Below are positions 57,557-64,000 of a stretch of 64,000 nucleotides of DNA, one piece after another; position 1 is the first letter of the stretch; each line of letters opens with the position of its first letter. Below the pieces are notes generated by a model that saw nothing but the letters and a program-made list of their open reading frames with translations, had not been told where the DNA came from and ran no database searches. The translations under genes were made by a program, and so were the position numbers. The DNA lies in assembly GCA_900548275.1 (NCBI GenBank), contig URJY01000003.1:30167-94166 (forward strand), in the 5' to 3' direction. Source of the DNA: an uncultured Opitutales bacterium (lineage in GTDB: Bacteria; Verrucomicrobiota; Verrucomicrobiia; Opitutales; Intestinicryptomonadaceae).

Positions 57557-57582
57557 TTTTTTTCGACATTTCCAAATTAAAC

Positions 57583-57609
57583 CTTTCGGACAATCCGAAA
57601 GGTTTTTTT
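57583..57609 (+). terminator. Rho-independent terminator after rpmA
   Basis: cctttcgga-caat-ccgaaagg followed by ttttttt. Confidence 0.8.
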
Positions 57610-57655
57610 GTGCCCGCAGGCTCGGGCGGCGGTTCGGCGGCTTTTGTGCGTCGCT

Positions 57656-58762
57656 TCAGTATTCAACCGCAGTGTCGAGGAGCTTTTCGCCGATGTACTC
57701 GAGGTTCTCGGGCGTCGCAACCCATTTGCCCGAGATGTTCGTGTACGGAACTTCGAGCGAAGCCGCAAACTTTACCGACGGCAGACGCTCTGCCCAAAAT
57801 TTGAACAGTAGGGGCTGCTTTAACCTGTTCCATTTCGTGCCGTATTTGACGATGTCATTCGGCTTCATCTGCGGACGGTCGGGGGCTTTCGAAAGGTGTT
57901 TCGAAAAGCGGAGCATAAATTCTTCGAGATTGTCGTTTGCCTTTTGCGTCTGCGGGGCGGTGAAGAAGAGCCTGTCGTTGATGTCCTCGGGGTTGCGCAG
58001 CGAGATGTAGGGACAGTGGATGTCGATTGCAAAAAGCAGATTTCCGTCGCCCCATTCGGGCAGAAACTTTTTGATTGCGCGAACCGACGGATGGATTTCG
58101 TCCACATAGTCGCGGTTGTGGTCGTGCGGGATTCTGTTCTTGCCCTGATCGCCGTCGACAACGCCGTCGTAGTCTACGAAAGGAACAATCAAGACCGCCA
58201 GATTTTCCCGCGCCCACTTGCCCTGCGGCGTGTCGGAAAAATAGCGCGAAACTATTCCGTCGATTACATAGTTTGCCGGCATTTCGCAGGCGTGGTGTCT
58301 TGCCGTGAATGCGATTTTCTTCTGCGCCGCACGCCCGACGGGCTCGAGCGTGATGCGGAAATTGTTGCGCCCCTTTTTTGTCTCGGCAAGGACGCGCTTT
58401 TTCAGTTCGGGTCTGTCGGCGTATTTTTTCAGGAGGGCGTCGAAATTTTTCGGCGTGTATGGAATCGCGAACGACACGCCGACGCGTTTTGCGCCTTCTG
58501 GAACGGAAATCGAAAGCCTGCGGTTCTTGAAATCGACGCTTTCGTGCCCCGTATATTTCCACGTTTTGCCGCCCGCACCGAGGATGTCGAAACGCCAGTA
58601 GAACCACCAGCCTTTTGTGTCGTGCAGTTCGGGGCGGAACGTGATTGTATTGCCGTCGATTGAGACGATTTCGGCATTTCCGCCGTCGACATTTTTGTCT
58701 ACGGCAAGTTCGGCAAAACTCGTTCCCGCCCAGAGCAGGGCGACCGATGCGAAGAATACCGC
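57656..58762 (-). CDS. Secreted M14-like zinc carboxypeptidase-family protein; start codon uncertain
   Basis: ORF track starts at GTG 58477 (273 aa, HHACE HxxE-type motif). The same frame stays open and protein-like upstream to about 58775 and encodes a signal-peptide-like AVFFASVALLWAGTSFA, but has no in-frame ATG/GTG/TTG there. Confidence 0.5.
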   Translation of the reverse strand, partial: AVFFASVALLWAGTSFAELAVDKNVDGGNAEIVSIDGNTITFRPELHDTKGWWFYWRFDILGAGGKTWKYTGHESVDFKNRRLSISVPEGAKRVGVSFAIPYTPKNFDALLKKYADRPELKKRVLAETKKGRNNFRITLEPVGRAAQKKIAFTARHHACEMPANYVIDGIVSRYFSDTPQGKWARENLAVLIVPFVDYDGVVDGDQGKNRIPHDHNRDYVDEIHPSVRAIKKFLPEWGDGNLLFAIDIHCPYISLRNPEDINDRLFFTAPQTQKANDNLEEFMLRFSKHLSKAPDRPQMKPNDIVKYGTKWNRLKQPLLFKFWAERLPSVKFAASLEVPYTNISGKWVATPENLEYIGEKLLDTAVEY

Positions 58763-59113
58763 CCCTACGTGTATCGCGTTTTTGCCTGCGATTCAAGAAA
58801 ATAGGCGGATTTTTCAACACGAAAAAACCGCCTTCATAGATAAAAAAGGGGAAACCCCCGCCTGTGCCGCCTTGCCTGTTTGGTTACACAACCTCCATAC
58901 TAACGAGGTGGGTGCGCCCGAAACGACTTTTGTCTTCCGTTCGAAGACGGCTTGACAGCCACCGCCTGCGGATATGCTCCCTTTATAATTGTCATTAAGG
59001 ATGGGAACCTGTTCGGTAGTATCGAACACTGCAGAGGTTTCCTTGATTCTGTTTATCGTAAAACCGCCCCGATTTTGCAAGGACTTTTTGCGGTAAACGC
59101 TGAGGGAATTTTT

Positions 59114-60098
59114 TTATCTGCCCGATGTCGCCGCCGAGTATTCCCCGTCGCTGACGGACTCGAGCCACGTGTTCTTGTTTGTCTGCGGATTGCATTCGAT
59201 GGCAAGGTGCGAGAACCAACTGTCGGGCGCGGCACCGTGCCAGTGCACCACGTTCGGGGCGATTTCCACGATGTCGCCCGCCTTCAGTTCGCGCGCGGGT
59301 TTGCCCTTTTCCTGATAGAATCCGCGTCCGCCGACGGCTATCAAAATCTGTCCGCCCGTGTGGCTATGCCAGTTGTTGCGGCACTTCGGTTCGAACGTGA
59401 CGTTTGCAAGCGGAACGCCCAAATCCTTTTTTTTCGAAAGCCGCGCAAGGTACGATTTGCCCGAGAAGTATTTTGCGTACGCAGTGTTCTCGTCGCCGAA
59501 CGCGAACGGGCTTGTATTCGACTTGTCGCGGACTTCGTTTTCGACGATTTCGAGAATCCGAGCCGCCTGCGCGTCGTCGACTCCGTTGTTTTTGCCTATC
59601 GCAATGTGCGCGTTCAGCTGCGGCTTAACGCCGTCGATTGCGGCGAGCATTGCGATTGTCGCAAGTTCGCGCGTGCGCCAGTCAAGATTGTCGCGGGCGA
59701 AGATGTCGCCGAAAAGGTGCGCTTTTAGGTACTGGTCGATTGCGGGGGGCGAAGTCGAACAGCTCGCCTTTCACCTCGCGCCCGACGAGCTTTGTCTGGT
59801 TTTTCGCGCCGAAGTCCAAACTCGAGCCCGAGGGCAGGGAGGAAGGCTCTTTGCCGATTTCGTCCTTTCCGCCGCGCTCCTTTAGCAGATTCATAAACGT
59901 GCCGAGCGCGTTGAGGCTGCGCGGGAAGCCGCAGTAGGCGTAGGTCTGCACGAGTATTTCCTTGAACTCGTTGACCGAAACGCCCGAGTCCAGACCGTCG
60001 GCGAGTGCCGCTTTCAGTTTTTGTTGGTCGCCCGCCGCCGCGAACGCCGCGACGCGGACAATGTTTTCCTCTTTTTTGTTTAGAATATCCATAGCCAT
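59114..60098 (-). pseudogene. Carboxymuconolactone-decarboxylase (AhpD-like)-cupin fusion gene interrupted by a +1 frameshift in a G6 homopolymer
   Basis: 59682..60098 encodes a CMD-like N-terminus (EILVQTYAYCGFPRSLNAL). 59114..59650 encodes the rest of the CMD domain plus a cupin (HSHTGGQILIAVGGRG). Removing one G from 59743..59748 joins them into ...DFAPAIDQYLKAHLFGDIFARDNLDWRTRELATIAML... Confidence 0.6.
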
Positions 60099-60330
60099 AA
60101 CCTGATTGAAAATGATAATAGATACCAGTGCCGTCGAGATTAGTTTTTTTATAAAGCCTTTCCGTTTTGCGCCGTTTATATTATCGTAAATTGTCGCCGC
60201 TGTAAATATGCGTTCGTGCCTAAATATTGCCCGATTCTACCAGTGCGTTTTTTTACATCGGCGGAATCGGGCAGATTTTAGGTCGGGTTGTGTATTTACT
60301 TCGATTTCGGTATTTGGTAGAATCGGGCTT

Positions 60331-60978
60331 ATGATTTCGGGATACGGAATGCGCGTTTTTATCGATGTTGCGATGACGGCACTGCTCGCGGCGGCGTTCG
60401 GATTCCGCATTACCGGCGTCTTCGCGCACGAGGTCTTGGGCGTCTTCGCGGCGGCGTTTTTCGCGCTTCACAATGCCGTCAACGCGCGTCGGTATGCGCG
60501 CATTTTTGCGGGCGGATATTCAATGCGGCGCGGCGTTTCGACATTTGTAAATGCGGTGCTCGCCGCGCTCGCGTCGGTCGTTGCCGCAAGCGGGATAGCT
60601 TCGTCCGAATCCCTTTTCGGCTTCGGCGGGGCGACGATGGAGCTTAGGCAAATCCATTCGATTTCCGCCTACTGGCTTCTGGTTTTCGCGGGAATCCACG
60701 CGGGGCTTAACGGCGGATTTTTCCGCGTGCGCGCGCTGTGTGCGCGTCCGAAAATTTCGGCGGCTTTGTCGGTTGCCGTCGCGGCGTTCGGCGCGTGGGC
60801 GTTTTGGGAACGCTCGATGTTCGGCAAGCTTTTCTTCGGGTACTCGTTCGACTTCGTGAATCCCGATTTCCCATCGGCTGTGTTTTTCGCGGAAATCTTG
60901 GCTATACCGTGTGCGGTCGCGCTTGCCGTGCGGTTCGCATGCAATTTTTCGAAAATCAAAACAAAGGTAAAATTATGA
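60331..60978 (+). CDS. Integral membrane protein (hypothetical)
   Basis: Start taken at MISGYGMRVF (60331); 5-6 TM helices; stop overlaps flavodoxin start (ATGA). Confidence 0.5.
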   Translation: MISGYGMRVFIDVAMTALLAAAFGFRITGVFAHEVLGVFAAAFFALHNAVNARRYARIFAGGYSMRRGVSTFVNAVLAALASVVAASGIASSESLFGFGGATMELRQIHSISAYWLLVFAGIHAGLNGGFFRVRALCARPKISAALSVAVAAFGAWAFWERSMFGKLFFGYSFDFVNPDFPSAVFFAEILAIPCAVALAVRFACNFSKIKTKVKL

Positions 60979-61535
60979 AAAGAAACAAATTCATATCGCT
61001 GCTTCCCGCCACGCTTTTTGCGGTTGCGGGCTTGAATGCGGCGGAAATTGCGAAAGGAAGAAAAATGCTGATAGTATATTATTCGTGGAGCGGCAACACG
61101 CGCCATATTGCAAATCTCGTGAAGAAATTCACGTCGGCGGACATCCTAGAAATCGTGCCGACCGAAGCGTATCCGTCGTCGTACAACAGGACGGTCGACA
61201 TCGCAAAAAAGGAGGTCGACGCGCAATTCCAGCGTCCGATTAAAACCGAAATTTCGAATCTCGCCGACTACGACATCGTGTTTGTCGGTTCGCCGAATTG
61301 GTGGGGCACGATATCTTCGCCGATTCGCACATTCCTTTCGAAGAACGATTTTTCGGGCAAGACGATTGTGCCGTTTATCACCCACGAGGGCAGCCGTTTC
61401 GGCAACGCGCTTGCCGACATAAGAAAAATCTGCCCGAATTCGAAAATCGCCGAAGGCTTGGAGGTTCGCGGCGGTTCGGTTCAGCGCGCCGACAAAACGG
61501 TCGAGGCGTGGCTGCGCAAGCTCGGCGTGAAATAG
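60975..61535 (+). CDS. Flavodoxin-family protein with signal peptide
   Basis: 186 aa; MLIVYYSWSGNTRHIANL flavodoxin-like FMN-binding start; ...VGSPNWWGTIS... Confidence 0.75.
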   Translation: MKRNKFISLLPATLFAVAGLNAAEIAKGRKMLIVYYSWSGNTRHIANLVKKFTSADILEIVPTEAYPSSYNRTVDIAKKEVDAQFQRPIKTEISNLADYDIVFVGSPNWWGTISSPIRTFLSKNDFSGKTIVPFITHEGSRFGNALADIRKICPNSKIAEGLEVRGGSVQRADKTVEAWLRKLGVK

Positions 61536-61555
61536 TGCGGAACGGAGTTTGCGCA

Positions 61556-62620
61556 ATGCTTTGCAGGTGCGTTTTCTTCGGAGTAGCGTCGTTCGCCGCG
61601 CTGTTTTGTGCGGCGGACGGTGTACATCAAAATCAAACAAAAAATAATATTGAACATCTTGAACTGACAACCGAGTGGGACAAAGTCTTTCCGAAAAGCC
61701 CGAATGTAGACCACTCGAAAATAACCTTTGTCAACCGCTACGGAATCACGCTTGCCGCCGATATGTACGTTCCCAAGAACGCGTCGGGCAAGCTTCCCGC
61801 GCTTGCGGTTTCCGGACCTTTCGGCGCGGTGAAGGAGCAGTGTTCGGGGCTTTACGCCCAGACGATGGCGGAGCGCGGCTTTCTGGCAATCGCCTTCGAC
61901 CCGTCGTATACGGGCGAGAGCGGCGGGCTTCCGCGCTATGTCGCTTCGCCCGACATCAACACCGAGGACTTCTGCGCGGCGGTCGATTTTCTTTCGAATC
62001 TCGAAAATGTCGATTCCGAAAAAATCGGCATAATCGGAATCTGCGGATGGGGCGGGATGGCGATAAACTCCGCCGCAATCGACACGCGCATAAAGGCGAC
62101 GGTCGCCTCTACAATGTACGATATGAGCCGCGTCAGCGCGTACGGGTATTTCGATTCGACCACGCCCGACCAACGCTACGAGGCGCGCAAAGCCCTAAAC
62201 GCGCAGCGCACTGCCGACTACAAAAACGGCTCGTATGCGCGCGCGGGCGGAGTTGTCGACCCGCTTCCCGCCGACGCTCCGCAGTTTGTCAGGGAGTACT
62301 ACGACTACTACAAAACTCCGCGCGGCTACCACAAACGTTCGCTCAACTCGAACGGCGGCTGGAACAGGACGTCGGTATTGTCGTTTATGAATATGCCGCT
62401 GCTTTCGTTTGCGGGAGAAATCCGCAGCGCGGTGCTCGTTGTGCACGGCGAGAAAGCCCATTCGCGCTACTTCGGCGAGGACGCCTTCAAAAAGCTGCGC
62501 GGCGACAACAAGGAGCTTTTCATAATAAAGGGCGCGAACCACACCGACCTTTACGACGACCGCGCGGGCGCAATTCCGTACGGCAAAATGGAAAAGTTTT
62601 TCCGCGACAATCTGAAGTAG
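61556..62620 (+). CDS. Alpha/beta-hydrolase (dienelactone hydrolase/esterase-like), secreted
   Basis: Start at ATG 61556 (MLCRCVFFGVASFAALFCAA). Nucleophile elbow GICGWGG. C-terminal His region (ANHTDLYDD). Confidence 0.75.
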   Translation: MLCRCVFFGVASFAALFCAADGVHQNQTKNNIEHLELTTEWDKVFPKSPNVDHSKITFVNRYGITLAADMYVPKNASGKLPALAVSGPFGAVKEQCSGLYAQTMAERGFLAIAFDPSYTGESGGLPRYVASPDINTEDFCAAVDFLSNLENVDSEKIGIIGICGWGGMAINSAAIDTRIKATVASTMYDMSRVSAYGYFDSTTPDQRYEARKALNAQRTADYKNGSYARAGGVVDPLPADAPQFVREYYDYYKTPRGYHKRSLNSNGGWNRTSVLSFMNMPLLSFAGEIRSAVLVVHGEKAHSRYFGEDAFKKLRGDNKELFIIKGANHTDLYDDRAGAIPYGKMEKFFRDNLK

Positions 62621-62630
62621 GCGCGCCGCG

Positions 62631-63518
62631 CTAAACGGCGATGTCGCGCTTCGGGGGAACGCCGAAGTGGCGTTTGTACTCGCGGCTGAACTGCGTCGGG
62701 CTTTCGTAGCCCACGGCGAACGCGGCGTTCGCGACGGTTTCGTTGTCGGAAATCATAAGCCTGCGCGCTTCGTAAAGCCGCAGGTTTTTTTGATACTGTA
62801 TCGGGCTTACCGACGTTATTTTGCGGAAGTGGCGGTGGAACGTTGTCGGTGCCATATGCACGTATTCGGCGAGCTCCTCGATTTTGAACGGCTTGCGGAA
62901 GTTGCTCTTGAGCCAGTCCACCGCCTTCGTGATTTGGTTGCTTTGCGTGCCCAGCGTGCAGAGCTGCCGCACGTGCATTCCCATCGGGCTTATGAGCAGG
63001 CGCGAATAGATTTCGCGGATGACAATGGGGGCGATTACCGCGATGTCGTCGTTTTTGTCGAGCAGCTTCATCAGGCGCAGGAACGCGTCCATCAAGTCTT
63101 CGTCGGCGTCGGCGACGGCAAGCCCGTTTCGGATGCGCTCGCCCCTGATTTTCTCGAGCGGCATTTCGGCGAGCATTTGCGAAATCAGCTTCGTGTCAAG
63201 CTCGAGCGATACGGTGAGGATTGGCTTTTCCCTGCTCGCCTCCAACACGTAGCTCGTCCCGGGGACGTCGATTCCCGAGACGAGGCACTGGTTTTCGCGG
63301 TATGTAGCTTCGCCCGTTTCGGTGATTGCGCGTTTGCAGCCCTGCACCATCAAAATGATTTTCGGCGAATACATGCACTTTTCGCAGCGTCCCGCCACGC
63401 TCGCCCTGAAGACGTACAACCCGCCGATTTTCGTCTGCGTATGCCCGTCGTTCGGCAGAAGCTTTGCAATGCGTTTTTTTAACTCGGAATTGATTTTTTC
63501 TATCGCCGTTTTATCCAT
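62631..63518 (-). CDS. AraC-family transcriptional regulator
   Basis: C-terminal AraC HTH (TTFHRHFRKITSVSPIQYQKNLRLYEARRLM...VGYESPTQFSREYKRHFG). Start could be 63560 or 63518. Confidence 0.8.
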   Translation of the reverse strand: MDKTAIEKINSELKKRIAKLLPNDGHTQTKIGGLYVFRASVAGRCEKCMYSPKIILMVQGCKRAITETGEATYRENQCLVSGIDVPGTSYVLEASREKPILTVSLELDTKLISQMLAEMPLEKIRGERIRNGLAVADADEDLMDAFLRLMKLLDKNDDIAVIAPIVIREIYSRLLISPMGMHVRQLCTLGTQSNQITKAVDWLKSNFRKPFKIEELAEYVHMAPTTFHRHFRKITSVSPIQYQKNLRLYEARRLMISDNETVANAAFAVGYESPTQFSREYKRHFGVPPKRDIAV

Positions 63519-63599
63519 AACCGATTTCGATGGTAGCGGGGCGCGAAACTGCGTCAACAAAAAATTCGGCAGGATTGGGCAGTTTCAGCCCGCGCCTTT

Positions 63600-64000
63600 T
63601 TATTCGCCGCGCGAGACGAATTCGGAAGCTTCGTGCAATGCGGCAGAATAGGCGTTGTCCATTCCCTTTTGCGTGATGTAGATGTGCGTAGCCCCTTCGA
63701 GGCGGACGCAGCGCGTTTTCACGCCGTCCGCCGCGAGCCGTTCGGCGAAGGCTTCGGCTTCGCTCCGCAGTATGTCGCATTCGGAGACGAGCACGAGCGA
63801 GCGCGGCAGTCCAGCAAGGTTTGCGCGCGCAAACGACGCGCTTTCCTTCGCCCGAGGCGTAGGCGCGTATGCTTCGATGTACAGCTTCATAAGTCCGCCG
63901 TTGAGCGCGAAATTTTCGCCGAAATATTTGTAGCTCTCCGTGTCCGTGTGCTCCAAATCTATCGCGGGATAGAACGCAATCAGCCCGCGCGGTTGTGTCT
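63600..64000 (-). CDS. Alpha/beta-hydrolase (esterase/lipase) C-terminal part; gene runs off window end
   Basis: Tracked fragment 63600..63956 plus open frame to the edge; ...LVSECDILRSEAEAFAERL...ATHIY... catalytic Asp/His region. Confidence 0.5.
   Translation of the reverse strand, partial: TQPRGLIAFYPAIDLEHTDTESYKYFGENFALNGGLMKLYIEAYAPTPRAKESASFARANLAGLPRSLVLVSECDILRSEAEAFAERLAADGVKTRCVRLEGATHIYITQKGMDNAYSAALHEASEFVSRGE

Noticed and set aside
57855-58820. 321-aa ORF overlapping the peptidase gene
   Set aside because: Arg-rich alternate frame (RRQKRDTRRGG...). The real frame contains the HxxE metallopeptidase motif and signal peptide.
61675-62634. 319-aa Arg-rich ORF overlapping the alpha/beta-hydrolase gene
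   Set aside because: Alternate frame of 61556..62620. Low-complexity R/G composition.
1-64000. CRISPR arrays
   Set aside because: Looked for regularly spaced short direct repeats. The repeats present (105-nt units, unit B, element A) are long, irregularly spaced and hairpin-forming, not CRISPR-like. No cas genes recognised.

Overview
This 64 kb window looks like a GC-rich (about 58-62% by eye) bacterial chromosome segment interrupted by a roughly 28.6 kb lower-GC, compositionally mosaic island inserted at a tRNA-Val gene. The phylum cannot be determined from sequence alone. The flanks carry ordinary housekeeping genes: fabG, a TAT-exported Gfo/Idh/MocA oxidoreductase, a GH92 mannosidase, an M20 peptidase, queD-queE, thiS-like plus an MBL/beta-CASP hydrolase, hisG, pdxH, nadK, a YihY-family protein, an ECF sigma/anti-sigma pair and rplU-rpmA. 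They also carry tRNA-Gly, tRNA-Leu and two families of structured intergenic repeats. The island (about 11470..40120) is bounded by an intact tRNA-Val(GAC) and a 50-nt direct repeat of its 3' end. It carries a tyrosine integrase, a MobF-type relaxase, a coupling-protein-like ATPase and a co-directional array of toxin/defence genes: HipBST, two Fic proteins and a Type III R-M system with fic and rhuM inserted between mod and res. It also carries two uncharacterised operons. One is an SNF2 helicase-hypothetical-FRG domain module. The other encodes a 337-aa protein, a 1316-aa GIY-YIG-like/ResIII-helicase/NPPY-methyltransferase-like fusion and a Schlafen/AlbA_2 protein. The second operon is the best candidate here for an undescribed defence system. 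Outside the island, other notable items are a core-genome FHA-GTPase operon with two large coiled-coil membrane proteins, a CMD-cupin gene broken by a frameshift in a G6 run, and 105-nt terminator plus tRNA-3'-end-mimic repeats at both island junctions. All functional calls come from motif recognition by eye. No database search was run.
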